NCBI GenBank assembly: GCA_040507665.1 | Contig: JBEVOI010000118.1 | Span: 1-41,892, forward strand | Direction of reading: 5' to 3' | Length of the DNA stretch: 41,892 nt | DNA from: Burkholderiales bacterium | Lineage (GTDB): Bacteria; Pseudomonadota; Gammaproteobacteria; Burkholderiales; JAEUMW01 | Shown here: positions 1 to 11,117 of the stretch, in pieces | How the letters are laid out: every line of letters begins with the position of its first letter | Position numbering within the stretch: the first letter of the stretch is position 1 | Position numbers and translations under genes: made by a program | The notes under the pieces: model-generated | Told to the model about the DNA's origin: nothing | Database searches by the model: none | Seen by the model: the letters and a program-made list of their open reading frames with translations, nothing else

Positions 1-1116
<1,116 letters not shown>

Positions 1117-1130
1117 TCAATTTCAGGCAC

Positions 1131-3530
1131 CTAAGTAAGCACCGCAGGGACAGTCGCCTTCGCCTCGTTTGCCAGAAAAAGCCACGTTTCCACTACCGTA
1201 TCGGGGTTCAGCGACAGACTCTCGATCCCCTCCTCCATCAGCCACTTCGCGAGGTCCGGGTGGTCCGATGGGCCCTGCCCACAGATACCGACATACTTGC
1301 CAGCCCTGCGGCACGCCTGGATCGCGAGGTGGAGCATTTGCTTCACCGCCGGGTCCCGCTCGTCGAACGCCTGCGCAACGATCGCTGAATCCCGGTCGAG
1401 CGCGAGGGTGAGCTGGGTCATGTCGTTGGAGCCGATGGAGAAGCCGTCGAAGTACTGCAGGAAATCGTCTGCAAGGATTGCGTTGGAGGGAATCTCGCAC
1501 ATCATGATGACGCGAAGCCCATTCTGCCCGCGCTTCAGTCCGTTCTCGGCGAGAAGGTCGATTACCTGCCGCGCCTCGCCCAGCGTGCGCACAAACGGCA
1601 CCATGATTTCCACGTTGGTTAGCCCCATCTCGTCACGCACCTTCTTCAGCGCTCGGCACTCGAGCTCGAAGCAGGCACGGAACTCCGGCGCCACATAGCG
1701 CGACGCCCCTCGAAACCCGAGCATGGGGTTCTCCTCCTTCGGTTCGTAGAGATTTCCGCCCGTGAGGCTGGAATACTCGTTCGACTTGAAGTCTGACAGG
1801 CGAACGATTACCGGCTTCGGATAGAATGCGGCGCCGAGGGTTCCGATGCCCTCGACCAGCTTTTCCACATAGAACGTGACCGGATCCGCGTATCCGGCAG
1901 CGTGCTCCTCCACGGCCTGCCTGAGATCGTCAGGGACACTGGGATAATCCAGCACCGCCTTCGGGTGAACCCCGATCATGCGCGCGATGATGAACTCCAG
2001 CCGCGCCAGGCCGATGCCGGCGTTGGGCAGGCGCTGAAAGTCGAAGGCGAGCTCCGGATTGCCGACGTTCATGGTGATCTTCACGGGAGCCGGAGGCATC
2101 TTGTCCAAGGCGAGGTCGATCACTTCGGTCTCCAGCAGACCCTCGTAGACATTACCCGTCTCACCTTCCGCACAGGACACGGTGACTTCCTGCCCTTCTC
2201 CCAGGTGATGCGTTGCATCTCCGCACCCGACCACTGCCGGAATGCCCAGCTCGCGGGCGATGATTGCCGCATGGCAGGTGCGGCCGCCGCGATCGGTGAC
2301 GATAGCCGCGGCGCGTTTCATCACTGGCTCCCAATCGGGATCCGTCATCTCCGTGACAAGCACATCGCCCCGCTCCACCCGTGCCATTTCGCTGGCATCG
2401 GTCACAAGCCGCACACGGCCGGCGCCGACGCGCTGGCCGATCGCGCGCCCTGAGGCGAGCACCGCCGATCGCGCCTTGATGCGGTAGCGCTTGAGGGATT
2501 CCATGCCGCCCCTTGCCTTCACCGTTTCCGGACGAGCTTGGAGGATATAGAGCTTGCCGTCCTGCCCGTCCCTACCCCACTCCACGTCCATCGGGCGACC
2601 ATAGTGCGCTTCGATTGCGAGGGCGTAGCGTCCCAGTTCCTCGACGTCCGCGTCGGTGATGGAGAAACGTTTCTGCGCCACCTCGGGAACCTGGACCATC
2701 ACTACAGAATTTCCGGCGCTGCGATCTTCGGTGAGCACCATTTTCACCGACTTCGTCCCGCGGGTGCGCCGCAGGATGGCCGGCCGCCCGGCCCTGAGCG
2801 CTGGCTTATAGGCGTAGAACTCGTCCGGATTCACGGATCCCTGCACTACCGCTTCGCCAAGGCCGTAAGAGGCAGTGATGAACACCACGTCGCTGAAGCC
2901 CGATTCCGTATCCAGGGTAAACAGCACCCCGCTCGCTCCCGTGTCGCTGCGAACCATGCGCTGGATTCCAGCGGAAAGAGACACCTCGGAGTGAATGAAC
3001 TTTTGATGCACGCGATACGAGATGGCGCGATCGTTGTACAACGACGCGAACACATCCTTGATTGCGACGAGCACGTTTTCGAGGCCGTGAATATTGAGGA
3101 ACGTTTCCTGCTGCCCCGCGAACGAGGCATCGGGGAGGTCCTCAGCGGTGGCGGAAGACCGAACTGCAACCGCCATGTCAGTGCCCCCATTCAGGAGCAT
3201 CTTGTGGTAGGCCGCGGCAACCGCTTCCTGAAGGCGAGGCTGAAATGGCGCGTCGGTGATCCAGCGTCGAATCGCCGCACCGGCGCGGTTCAGGGCAGCG
3301 ACATCGTCGACGTCGAGCGCCGCGAGTTCGCCCTCGATTCGCTCTGCAAGACCGTTGTAGGTGAGAAAGTCCCCGAACGCCTGGGCCGTGGTGGCGAATC
3401 CGTCCGGCACCCGCACTCCCGCATGCGAAAGCTGGCTGATCATCTCGCCGAGGGAAGCGTTCTTCCCGCCCACGGTGCCGATGTCGCTCATACGCAGTTC
3501 ACTGAACCACGCCACGTAGTTGTCATTCAT
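1131..3530 (-). CDS. ppsA: Phosphoenolpyruvate synthase (pyruvate, water dikinase)
   Basis: 799-aa ORF. The N-terminus is [30 protein letters not shown]. The phosphohistidine swivel motif [21 protein letters not shown] is present, followed by a C-terminal PEP-utilising TIM-barrel domain. Confidence 0.96.
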   Translation of the reverse strand: MNDNYVAWFSELRMSDIGTVGGKNASLGEMISQLSHAGVRVPDGFATTAQAFGDFLTYNGLAERIEGELAALDVDDVAALNRAGAAIRRWITDAPFQPRLQEAVAAAYHKMLLNGGTDMAVAVRSSATAEDLPDASFAGQQETFLNIHGLENVLVAIKDVFASLYNDRAISYRVHQKFIHSEVSLSAGIQRMVRSDTGASGVLFTLDTESGFSDVVFITASYGLGEAVVQGSVNPDEFYAYKPALRAGRPAILRRTRGTKSVKMVLTEDRSAGNSVVMVQVPEVAQKRFSITDADVEELGRYALAIEAHYGRPMDVEWGRDGQDGKLYILQARPETVKARGGMESLKRYRIKARSAVLASGRAIGQRVGAGRVRLVTDASEMARVERGDVLVTEMTDPDWEPVMKRAAAIVTDRGGRTCHAAIIARELGIPAVVGCGDATHHLGEGQEVTVSCAEGETGNVYEGLLETEVIDLALDKMPPAPVKITMNVGNPELAFDFQRLPNAGIGLARLEFIIARMIGVHPKAVLDYPSVPDDLRQAVEEHAAGYADPVTFYVEKLVEGIGTLGAAFYPKPVIVRLSDFKSNEYSSLTGGNLYEPKEENPMLGFRGASRYVAPEFRACFELECRALKKVRDEMGLTNVEIMVPFVRTLGEARQVIDLLAENGLKRGQNGLRVIMMCEIPSNAILADDFLQYFDGFSIGSNDMTQLTLALDRDSAIVAQAFDERDPAVKQMLHLAIQACRRAGKYVGICGQGPSDHPDLAKWLMEEGIESLSLNPDTVVETWLFLANEAKATVPAVLT

Positions 3531-3673
3531 GGATCACCCGCTGGATTGTCAACAATTCGCCTGTGGCGCGCGTTCCCCCTCACCTGCGTGGTTGGGTCGT
3601 TGAGGCAACGCGCAAAAGCCGGTATTTTAGCGGGACTCTGGGTCTTGTGCATTGCCGCAAACTGGATCAACGG

Positions 3674-4492
3674 GTGAAACGCTCCGCCTTTTTCGTCTCC
3701 GACCGTACTGGCATCACAGTCGAAATGCTCGGACGCAGCCTCCTCACCCAGTTCGACGCCGTCACCTTCGACGAGCACACCTTGCCTTTCGTGGATACCG
3801 TGGAAAAGGCCCGCGACGTGGTCGCGCAGATCAATCGAGCCGGGCAATCGGCGGGATCGAGGCCGCTCGTATTCAGCACCCTCGTGAACGCTGACGTGAG
3901 CGCCATCGTCGCCACTGCCAACGGACTGCATCTCGACCTTTTCGACGTGTTCATCGCGCCGATGGAGGAAGAGCTGGGCGTTCGATCGACCCACACAGTC
4001 GGCCGTTCTCACAGCGTGAACGATCTGATGAACTATCACCGCCGCATCGAGGCGATCAACTACTCCCTATCCCACGACGACGGGTTGTCCGTCCGTGACC
4101 TCAGCGACGCGGACATTATCCTTATCGGCGTGTCCCGCTCCGGAAAAACGCCGACATGCCTTTACCTCGCGCTCCAGTTTGGCATCCGCGCGGCGAACTA
4201 TCCGCTGCTACCGGAGGATCTCGGCGCGAACGGCCTGCCGGCGCCGCTCAAGCATGTGCGCCCGCGCCTTTTCGGCCTCACCATCGCACCCGATCGCCTC
4301 CAGCGCATCCGCAGCGAGCGCAAGCCTGGGAGCAGGTACGCCCAACTGTCAAGTTGCCAGCGCGAAGTGCGCGAGGCGGAGGCGCTGATGCGCCAAGAAG
4401 GTATCCCTTACCTGGATGTCAGCACGAAGTCCATCGAAGAGATCGCCACTACCATCCTGCATCGGGCCAACCTGGTGCGGCACCTCTACTGA
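3674..4492 (+). CDS. ppsR: PEP synthase regulatory protein (bifunctional kinase / pyrophosphorylase, DUF299 family)
   Basis: Divergent from ppsA, which is the usual arrangement. Contains FFVSDRTGITVEMLGRSLLTQF and the P-loop GVSRSGKTP. I chose the in-frame GTG at 3674 because family N-termini have only about 5-10 residues before the FxSD motif. The track ORF starts at 3563. Confidence 0.85.
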   Translation: MKRSAFFVSDRTGITVEMLGRSLLTQFDAVTFDEHTLPFVDTVEKARDVVAQINRAGQSAGSRPLVFSTLVNADVSAIVATANGLHLDLFDVFIAPMEEELGVRSTHTVGRSHSVNDLMNYHRRIEAINYSLSHDDGLSVRDLSDADIILIGVSRSGKTPTCLYLALQFGIRAANYPLLPEDLGANGLPAPLKHVRPRLFGLTIAPDRLQRIRSERKPGSRYAQLSSCQREVREAEALMRQEGIPYLDVSTKSIEEIATTILHRANLVRHLY

Positions 4493-5271
4493 GCAGGGTT
4501 TGCTTTCAGTTGCCGGACACACTCGAAGAGGGATATCGCTGCGGCAGCAGCAACGTTGAGGGACTCCGCGTGCCCTCGCATGGGGATCGCTCCGTGCTCG
4601 GTCGCGGCTTCCAGCAGCGCGGTCGACAAGCCCGCTCCCTCGTTCCCCAGCGCTATGGAAAGCGCCCCGGTGAGGTCGATGTCGTAGATCGAGCGTGGCG
4701 CACCCGCCAGCATGGCGACGACACGCCCGGAACGGCGCAGCGCTGCCTTCACCAGATCGCTGCGCTCGTGAATGCCGATGCCAAAATGCGCCCCCATCGC
4801 CGCCCGCAGTACCTTTGGCGACCATGCGTCCGCGCATCCCTTGGAAAGCCACACGTCGCTTACGCCCGCTGCCTCAGCCGTGCGCAGTATGGACCCGAGG
4901 TTTCCCGGGTCTTGGATATCTTCCAGCAGCAGCCACAAGCCGTGTGCACTTTCCGTTCGCTGCGCCGGGATCTGGATCGCCGCCAGGATACCGGACCGGT
5001 TCCTGAGCTCGGTGAGCTCATCAAAAAGTCTGTCGGCGAGCGATACAGGCGGCGCAGCCAGCCGCCTTGTGAGCGCCGCGATCTCGGGCCGCTCAGTCGC
5101 GCTCTCCACGACGATCACCTCGCGCAGCTTACCTCCGTGGCGCAGGTACGCGTCGAGCAGGTGGACGCCATCGATCAGCGTGAGCCTCTGTTTGCGCCGC
5201 TCGCGACTCGACTCCGATAGCTTGAGCAGATTCCGGTAGAGCGCATTGGCAGCGGAGGTGATGTGTTTCAT
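4486..5271 (-). CDS. TrmH/SpoU-family RNA 2'-O-methyltransferase
   Basis: SpoU motifs GNEGAGLS and IPMRGHAESLNVAAAAAISLFE are present. The start is set to the ATG at 5271 (MKHITSAANALYRNLL...). The upstream 85 codons of the track ORF are Arg/Cys-rich and run into the stop of the neighbouring gene. Confidence 0.85.
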   Translation of the reverse strand: MKHITSAANALYRNLLKLSESSRERRKQRLTLIDGVHLLDAYLRHGGKLREVIVVESATERPEIAALTRRLAAPPVSLADRLFDELTELRNRSGILAAIQIPAQRTESAHGLWLLLEDIQDPGNLGSILRTAEAAGVSDVWLSKGCADAWSPKVLRAAMGAHFGIGIHERSDLVKAALRRSGRVVAMLAGAPRSIYDIDLTGALSIALGNEGAGLSTALLEAATEHGAIPMRGHAESLNVAAAAAISLFECVRQLKANPAQ

Positions 5272-5285
5272 GACATTCGCTCCGA

Positions 5286-6584
5286 TCAAATTGCGCAGGT
5301 GCGGAATCCGGCAAACACATCGCGTCGATCGGGTTTGTAGAAGTTGCGCCAGGTGTTCCGAATGAGCGCGGGGTCGGTCGCGAAGCACCCGCCGCGAAGC
5401 ACCCTGTGGTCGCCAAACCACGGCGCTGAGTATTCCGCGTATGGATCGGTGACAAAGCCCGGATAAGGCTGGAACACGCTCGCCGTCCATTCCCAGACAT
5501 TGCCCAGCATCTGTCGGATGCCCCATGCGCTCTCCCCCCCGGCGAAGGCCGCGGCGTCGACGCTACTGTGGGGCGCACCGTATAGAGCCGCGAGGTCGAG
5601 GGATGGCTTGTTCCCCCACGGATAACGCCGCTTGCGATCGAGATCACCGGGTGCGGTGGCAGCGGCGAGCTCCCACTCGGCTTCGGTCGGTAATCGTCGT
5701 CGAGCCCATCGGCACCATGCCTCCGCCTCGTAAGCGTTCACGTGAATCATCGCTTCATCGAAGGGCAGTGGCGCGTAGTTGTCGTGGCGGCGAACGAACC
5801 AAACGCCGCCCTCGCGGCACCAGTAGAGAGGTCGCGTCGCACCCGTCGCCTCGCGCCAGGCCCAGCCCTCGACGCTCCACAGGTCATGCCGCTGATAGCC
5901 ACCATCCTCGACAAACGCCAGGTAGTCTCGAAATGTGGTCGCGCATCGCGCCATGGAGAATGGTCCGACCTCGACCTCGTGGGCCCATTTCTCGTTGTCG
6001 AAAACGAAGCCCGAGCCAGGGTCTGCACCCAGCATGAAGCGTCCCCCTGGGAACTGGACGTCGCCGGCGATGCTGTTCACTGCCGCTGGCGCAGGCACGT
6101 CCGGCGCGTTGGGCGGAATGGGATAGCCCAGCGTTTGCCGGGTGTAGGTGAACGCTTCGCAATGCATCTGCTCATGGAACACCACCAGCTGCGCGCGGTA
6201 ACGAATGCGGTCATCGTCTCCCTCTAGATCGATCCGCTCCAGCACCAGGTCGAGCACGCGGTCGAGGTAATCCAGAGTCTCCTCGAAGTCGGGCAGCGGC
6301 AGCGTCCAGCGCGTCGCGTGCGCAACGCCTGCAGAGTCATAGAGGGCGTCTGCGGTACGAATCAACGATGGCCCCTTTTCGCCGGGGTCGCGATGACGCA
6401 GACACCAGTGCTCCTGGAACCAGCCGAGGTGGCCGAGCTCCCACAGTGGAGGATTCACGATCGCGAGCTTCGGGCCGAGTAGCCATTCCTCGCGCATGTC
6501 GCGCCACAGGCCAAGCGTGCGTGCGCGCGAAGCCTCCAGCATCTCCGCCAGGGCGTGGCGGTCCGGTTCGTCGGCGTTGTCCAT
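5286..6584 (-). CDS. EgtB/SUMF1-family non-heme iron enzyme (DinB-like N-domain + FGE-sulfatase domain); probable selenoneine synthase SenA-like
   Basis: N-terminal DinB-like domain with candidate iron ligands in WELGHLGWFQEHW and FHEQMHCEAF. C-terminal FGE/SUMF1-type domain (YPWGN..., GNVWEWT, RVLRGGCF, AGFRTC). The start is ambiguous between 6584, 6605 and 6665; I chose ATG 6584 (MDNADEPDRHALAEMLEASRARTL). The SenA versus EgtB assignment rests on the neighbouring glycosyltransferase and is an inference. Confidence 0.8.
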   Translation of the reverse strand: MDNADEPDRHALAEMLEASRARTLGLWRDMREEWLLGPKLAIVNPPLWELGHLGWFQEHWCLRHRDPGEKGPSLIRTADALYDSAGVAHATRWTLPLPDFEETLDYLDRVLDLVLERIDLEGDDDRIRYRAQLVVFHEQMHCEAFTYTRQTLGYPIPPNAPDVPAPAAVNSIAGDVQFPGGRFMLGADPGSGFVFDNEKWAHEVEVGPFSMARCATTFRDYLAFVEDGGYQRHDLWSVEGWAWREATGATRPLYWCREGGVWFVRRHDNYAPLPFDEAMIHVNAYEAEAWCRWARRRLPTEAEWELAAATAPGDLDRKRRYPWGNKPSLDLAALYGAPHSSVDAAAFAGGESAWGIRQMLGNVWEWTASVFQPYPGFVTDPYAEYSAPWFGDHRVLRGGCFATDPALIRNTWRNFYKPDRRDVFAGFRTCAI

Positions 6585-6654
6585 GGCGCGTCGTGTCCGT
6601 ATCATCGATCGCAGAAAGTGTAGCGTGCCCGTCCTCACCCGCGCACCGCAGACA

Positions 6655-7608
6655 TTGAAAATCATCCTGGTCACGCCAGCTCCGGCCGGCTCTCGCTCCG
6701 GCAACCGCGCCACCGCGATGCGGTGGGCCAAAATGCTGCGCTCGCTCGGTCATCGCGTCAGAGTGCAACCGACCTGGGACGGGGTGTCTTGCGAGCTGCT
6801 GATCGCGCTTCACGCGCGACGCAGCTACGACTCCGTCCGGCGCTTCCGCGAAGCCTACCCCGAGCGACCGTTGGTGCTCGCGCTAACCGGAACGGATCTC
6901 TATCGGGACATTGTAGTGTCGCCGGATGCGCAGACGTCACTCCGCCTCGCCACACGCTTCATTGTGCTGCAGGAGAAGGGATTGGAGGCACTGCCGCCCG
7001 AGCTTCGTAAGCGTGCTTACGTGGTCCACCAGTCGGCCCGGGAGGTGCGGCCCCGGAAGGCTTTGAATTCGTGCTTCGAGGTTTGCGTCAGCGGTCATCT
7101 GCGGGTCGAGAAGGATCCTTTCCGCGCGGCGGCAGCGCTGGCACATCTGCCAGTGGAATCCCGCATCCGGGTGACGCACCTCGGCCGGGCAATGAGCCCC
7201 GAAATGGAGTGGGAAGCCCGCGCTTGGATGGCGCGCGAGCCGAGATACCAGTGGCGCGGCGAGGTGTCGCACGGAAGAGCGCTTCGGCTTCTCGGCCGCA
7301 CCCGGCTGCTCGTCGTGAGCTCGCTGATGGAGGGCGGCGCGAACGTGGTGAGCGAAGCACTTATCGCTGGCGTGCCGGTGATCGCATCGCGCATTCCGGG
7401 CAATGTCGGCATGCTCGGCGAGGACTATCCCGGTTACTACCAGGTCGAGGATGAACATGAGCTCGCGGTCCTGCTCAACCGCGCGGAGCAGGACCCCGCG
7501 TTCTACGAGGCGCTGCACTTTTTTTGCTCCGCAAGAAAAGTGCTGTTTGAGGAGAGCCGCGAGCGCGAGAGTCTGCGCGCAGCGATCGAGGGAGCGCCGA
7601 TCGGCTAG
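6655..7608 (+). CDS. GT-B (GT4-like) glycosyltransferase; probable selenosugar synthase SenB-like
   Basis: N-terminus LKIILVTPAPAGSRSGNRATAMRWAKMLRSLGHRV. C-terminal GT4-type E-x7-E region LMEGGANVVSEALIAGVPVIAS. The start is uncertain: TTG 6655 matches how I recall family N-termini, while GTG 6625 and ATG 6583 are in-frame alternatives. The family call is confident. The SenB call is from memory of the family and from context. Confidence 0.7.
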   Translation: MKIILVTPAPAGSRSGNRATAMRWAKMLRSLGHRVRVQPTWDGVSCELLIALHARRSYDSVRRFREAYPERPLVLALTGTDLYRDIVVSPDAQTSLRLATRFIVLQEKGLEALPPELRKRAYVVHQSAREVRPRKALNSCFEVCVSGHLRVEKDPFRAAAALAHLPVESRIRVTHLGRAMSPEMEWEARAWMAREPRYQWRGEVSHGRALRLLGRTRLLVVSSLMEGGANVVSEALIAGVPVIASRIPGNVGMLGEDYPGYYQVEDEHELAVLLNRAEQDPAFYEALHFFCSARKVLFEESRERESLRAAIEGAPIG

Positions 7609-8057
7609 ACGAAGATCGCGCCAACGGTGGCGATCGCGATGGTGACGAGCCCCAGGGTCAGGTTGACCGCCACGAGCCTGCGAATCTGACCCAGCGCCGC
7701 GCCCCCCTCCTTCCAATTTTTCGCCGCGACGGCTGAAGTGAGACGCCGGAACGGCGCGAAGAAAACGTGCCCGAAAATCCCCATCATCACGATACCGATA
7801 GCGAACATCGCGTGCACATGCACCGGCGCCGCTCCGAAGCCACCTATTAGAAACAGCATCGACAGGCCGCTCGCGAGCACGAAGGCGATCGACACCCATA
7901 CCCAGTTGAAGAAGCGTCGCAGGGTCTCCTGCCAGAGCGGGAGCCGTTGCGGTGGATCGAGCACCGCGGCAGCGGGTCTCAACGCCATGTAGGCGAAGAA
8001 CATGCCGCCTACCCAGACCACGACGCCGACAACGTGGAAAAAAATCGCGATCTTCAC
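7605..8057 (-). CDS. Small inner-membrane protein with 4 predicted TM helices, CopD/HemJ-like topology (function unknown)
   Basis: 150 aa with four hydrophobic segments: IAIFFHVVGVVVWVGGMFFAYMAL, FFNWVWVSIAFVLASGLSMLFLI, VHVHAMFAIGIVMMGIFGHVFF and LVAVNLTLGLVTIAIATVGAIFV. His residues lie in TM1 and TM3. The ATG is 8 nt after the rnhB stop. Confidence 0.65.
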   Translation of the reverse strand: MKIAIFFHVVGVVVWVGGMFFAYMALRPAAAVLDPPQRLPLWQETLRRFFNWVWVSIAFVLASGLSMLFLIGGFGAAPVHVHAMFAIGIVMMGIFGHVFFAPFRRLTSAVAAKNWKEGGAALGQIRRLVAVNLTLGLVTIAIATVGAIFV

Positions 8058-8064
8058 CGAGCGG

Positions 8065-8688
8065 TCAGGCCGGTCTGACGAGCACTGAAGGGTCGCTTGT
8101 TTCGGCGGCTTCGCGCGACTCGATAAGAACTCGGACCGGACCGAACGTTTGACGGTGGATGGGCGAGACCCCGTGGCGCCGCAGCGCAGCCAGGTGCGCC
8201 TCGGTGGTATATCCCTTGTGCGCGTCGAAGCCGTAAACGGGAAAACGATCGTGCAACTTCAACATCTCCGCATCGCGCGCTGTCTTTGCCAGAATCGACG
8301 CCGCCGAAATGCACGGGGTGGTCACGTCTCCGCGCACGATGGAACGGGCTTGCATGGGTAGATCGGGGACACGGTTTCCATCGACGAGCGCCTCATCCGG
8401 CACAAGCTGCAGAGCAAGCACCGCCCGACGCATCGCGAGCATCGTGGCGTGAAGAATGTTGAGGTGATCGATCTCGTCGACTTCCGCGCGCCCAAGCGCC
8501 CACGCCACCGCGCGCTCACGGATGAGGACAGCAAGCGCAGTACGGCGCGACGCTGATAGTGCCTTCGAATCCGCTAACCCCCTGATCGAACGTTTGGGAT
8601 TCAGGATCACCGCCGCCGCGAACACCGGACCCGCCAGGGGACCGCGCCCGGCTTCGTCAACACCGCACACGCGCAACGCCGGGCTCAC
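8065..8688 (-). CDS. rnhB: Ribonuclease HII
   Basis: Contains [24 protein letters not shown] and the family C-terminal region. Overlaps the lpxB stop by 4 nt, in the usual position after lpxB. Confidence 0.93.
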   Translation of the reverse strand: MSPALRVCGVDEAGRGPLAGPVFAAAVILNPKRSIRGLADSKALSASRRTALAVLIRERAVAWALGRAEVDEIDHLNILHATMLAMRRAVLALQLVPDEALVDGNRVPDLPMQARSIVRGDVTTPCISAASILAKTARDAEMLKLHDRFPVYGFDAHKGYTTEAHLAALRRHGVSPIHRQTFGPVRVLIESREAAETSDPSVLVRPA

Positions 8689-9890
8689 GTCGCCTCCGCC
8701 GCAAGACTGCGCGGCGGCGCCGGCGCAGGAACGCCCTCGCCGAGCACGAGCGCAATTGCCTCGACCACCTTCTGCGCGGACTCCTGCTTGAGGCTCTGGT
8801 GCAGGTCAAGGAACCGTGCCTGCAGCTTCTTGCGACCATCCTCATCATCGAGGAGACGCACGATCGCCTCGGAGAGCGCTGCCGGCGTAGCCGCATCCTG
8901 CAAGAACTCGGGCACGATGAACTCTCCGGCCAGGACGTTCGGCAGCCCGACATAGGGGAGATAAATGCGGCGCTTCGCGATCCAGTACGTAACGCGCGGC
9001 AGCTTGTAGGTGATCACCATCGGCCGCTTCAGCAGAGCCGCCTCCAGCGTTGCAGTGCCGGAGGCCACGAGCACCGCGTCCGCGGCGGTCATTGCGTCAT
9101 GGGCGTGGCCGTAGAGGATCGTGAGCGGAAGCCCGTCGGGCGCATCGTGATAAAGCGCATGCTCGAACAGGATGCGCGTTTCCCGACTCACCAGCGGCAC
9201 CAGGAACTGCGCGAGCGGCTTTTGCTCCAGGATCTGCCGTGCAGTCTTCACAAAGAGCCCGGCCATCGCCTTCACTTCGACCTGGCGGCTCCCGGGCAGC
9301 ATCGCGATCACTAGCCCCTTCTTCGGAAGCCGCATCTGCTCGCGCATCCCGTCCCGGTCCGGCTCTTCTGGCAACTGGTCCGCCATCGGGTGGCCGACGA
9401 AGGTTGCAGGGATACCCGCCTCCTCCAGCATCGGCACCTCGAACGGAAAGAGCGCGAGGATGCGCGATACCGCACGCCGGATCCTAGGCAGGCGCCCCCG
9501 ATCCCACGCCCAGAACTGGGGACAGACGTAATGGATGGTCGGAATGCCCGCCTTCTTCAGTCTCGTTTCGAGGGCGAGATTGAACGCAGGCGCGTCGATC
9601 CCGACGAACAGGTCCGGTTTTTCCCTGCGCAGGCGCGCCCCGAGTTTGCGCCGGATTCCCACAATTTCCCAATAATGCTTCAACACCTCGACAAAGCCGC
9701 GCACCGCGAGCTTTTCCATCGGGAACCAGACATCCATTCCGAGCCCTTGCATCTTGGGGCCGCCGATCCCGAAAAAAACGGCCCCGGGAAAAGCAGCCGT
9801 GACGGCGCGCATCAAATGGCTGCCGAGCTGGTCGCCGGAGGCCTCGCCGACGACGATGCCGATGCGTGGAGGTCGCCCGCCGAGACCCAT
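8685..9890 (-). CDS. lpxB: Lipid-A-disaccharide synthase
   Basis: [19 protein letters not shown] is the N-terminal motif. The start is set to ATG 9890, 8 nt downstream of the lpxA stop. The track ORF extends to 9995, inside lpxA. Confidence 0.92.
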   Translation of the reverse strand: MGLGGRPPRIGIVVGEASGDQLGSHLMRAVTAAFPGAVFFGIGGPKMQGLGMDVWFPMEKLAVRGFVEVLKHYWEIVGIRRKLGARLRREKPDLFVGIDAPAFNLALETRLKKAGIPTIHYVCPQFWAWDRGRLPRIRRAVSRILALFPFEVPMLEEAGIPATFVGHPMADQLPEEPDRDGMREQMRLPKKGLVIAMLPGSRQVEVKAMAGLFVKTARQILEQKPLAQFLVPLVSRETRILFEHALYHDAPDGLPLTILYGHAHDAMTAADAVLVASGTATLEAALLKRPMVITYKLPRVTYWIAKRRIYLPYVGLPNVLAGEFIVPEFLQDAATPAALSEAIVRLLDDEDGRKKLQARFLDLHQSLKQESAQKVVEAIALVLGEGVPAPAPPRSLAAEAT

Positions 9891-9897
9891 GGGTAGG

Positions 9898-10689
9898 CTA
9901 TCGAATGATCGCGCGCCGCGACTCGTCGAGGAAATCCACGAGGAGTCGCAGTTCTGCGCAGTCGCCGACTTGCCCGCTGATCTCCCCGCGAGCATCCTCG
10001 AGCGAAAGTCCAGAACGATAGAGAATCTTGTACGCGCGCTTGATACAGGCGATGGCCTCCGGGCCGAATCCCCGTCGCTTCAGTCCCTCGGAATTGATGC
10101 CGTGGGGTTTGGCTGTATTGCCTGCGGCGGTGACGAAGGGCGGAATATCCTGCAATACGATGGTACCCATTGCGGTAATCGCGTGGGCGCCGATGTGCAC
10201 GTACTGGTGCACTACCGTGAAGCCACCGAGGATCGCAAAATCGCCCACATGAACGTGTCCCGCGAGCTGCGCGTTGTTGGCGAAGACGGTGTGGCTGCCC
10301 ACCTGACAGTCATGGGCGAGGTGAACATACGCCATGATCCAGTTGTCGTTGCCAACTCGCGTCGTGCCCGCGTCCTGAAGCGTACCGCGGTTGAAGGTGC
10401 AGAATTCACGGATCGTGTTCCCGTCGCCGATCTCCAGGAACGTGCGCTCACCCCGGTACTTCTTGTCCTGGGGGATCTCTCCCAGGGACACGAACTGGTA
10501 GATGCGATTGTCGCGCCCAATCCGCGTCGGTCCCTTGATCACCGCGTGGGCGCCGATACTGGTGCCCGCACCGATCTCCACGCCCCCACCGATGACGGCA
10601 TACGGCCCCACCTCCACGTCGTGTGCGAGTCGGGCGTCTGGATCGACGATCGCGGTCGGGTGGATCACTTGAGCGACCGCACCGTGCAC
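9898..10689 (-). CDS. lpxA: Acyl-ACP--UDP-N-acetylglucosamine O-acyltransferase
   Basis: Left-handed beta-helix hexapeptide repeats starting [27 protein letters not shown], with a helical C-terminal domain. An alternative GTG start at 10668 forms a GTGA overlap with the fabZ stop. Confidence 0.92.
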   Translation of the reverse strand: MHGAVAQVIHPTAIVDPDARLAHDVEVGPYAVIGGGVEIGAGTSIGAHAVIKGPTRIGRDNRIYQFVSLGEIPQDKKYRGERTFLEIGDGNTIREFCTFNRGTLQDAGTTRVGNDNWIMAYVHLAHDCQVGSHTVFANNAQLAGHVHVGDFAILGGFTVVHQYVHIGAHAITAMGTIVLQDIPPFVTAAGNTAKPHGINSEGLKRRGFGPEAIACIKRAYKILYRSGLSLEDARGEISGQVGDCAELRLLVDFLDESRRAIIR

Positions 10690-11117
10690 ATAAGCTCGGC
10701 TTCCGCGACGCGGGTTTCCCCAACCTTCGCTTCGGCGGCGAACTTCCAGATACCGCGCATGAAGCGCACCAGTTCTACGTTCAGGGTGAGCTGGTCGCCC
10801 GGAGTGACCGGGGCGCGGAAACGCGCGTTATCGATGCCCACGAAGTAGTAGGCGTAGGTGTCGTCCGCAAGCGTGTCGCTGCTCTTGAACTGAAGGATGG
10901 CCGCCGCCTGTGCCAGCGCCTCGATAATCAGCACGCCCGGCATCACGGGGTGATGCGGGAAATGCCCCTGAAAGAACGGTTCGTTGATGGTGACGTTCTT
11001 CAGACCGACGATGTTTTTCCCCGGCTCCAGCGATAGCACCCGGTCGACCAGAAGGAACGGGTAGCGGTGTGGGAGATAACGCAGGACTTCGGTGATTTCC
11101 ATCGGATTCATGGGCAT
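10665..11117 (-). CDS. fabZ: 3-hydroxyacyl-ACP dehydratase
   Basis: Contains [13 protein letters not shown] and the active-site region [20 protein letters not shown]. Candidate starts are ATG 11117 or ATG 11111; the latter gives an ATGA overlap with the lpxD stop. The track ORF is over-extended to 11393. Confidence 0.92.
   Translation of the reverse strand: MPMNPMEITEVLRYLPHRYPFLLVDRVLSLEPGKNIVGLKNVTINEPFFQGHFPHHPVMPGVLIIEALAQAAAILQFKSSDTLADDTYAYYFVGIDNARFRAPVTPGDQLTLNVELVRFMRGIWKFAAEAKVGETRVAEAELMCTVRSLK

Noticed and set aside
8563-8572. CTTCGAATCC, a tRNA T-loop-like string
   Set aside because: It lies inside the rnhB coding frame. No acceptor, D or anticodon stems can be drawn around it. 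No tRNA is supported anywhere in the window.
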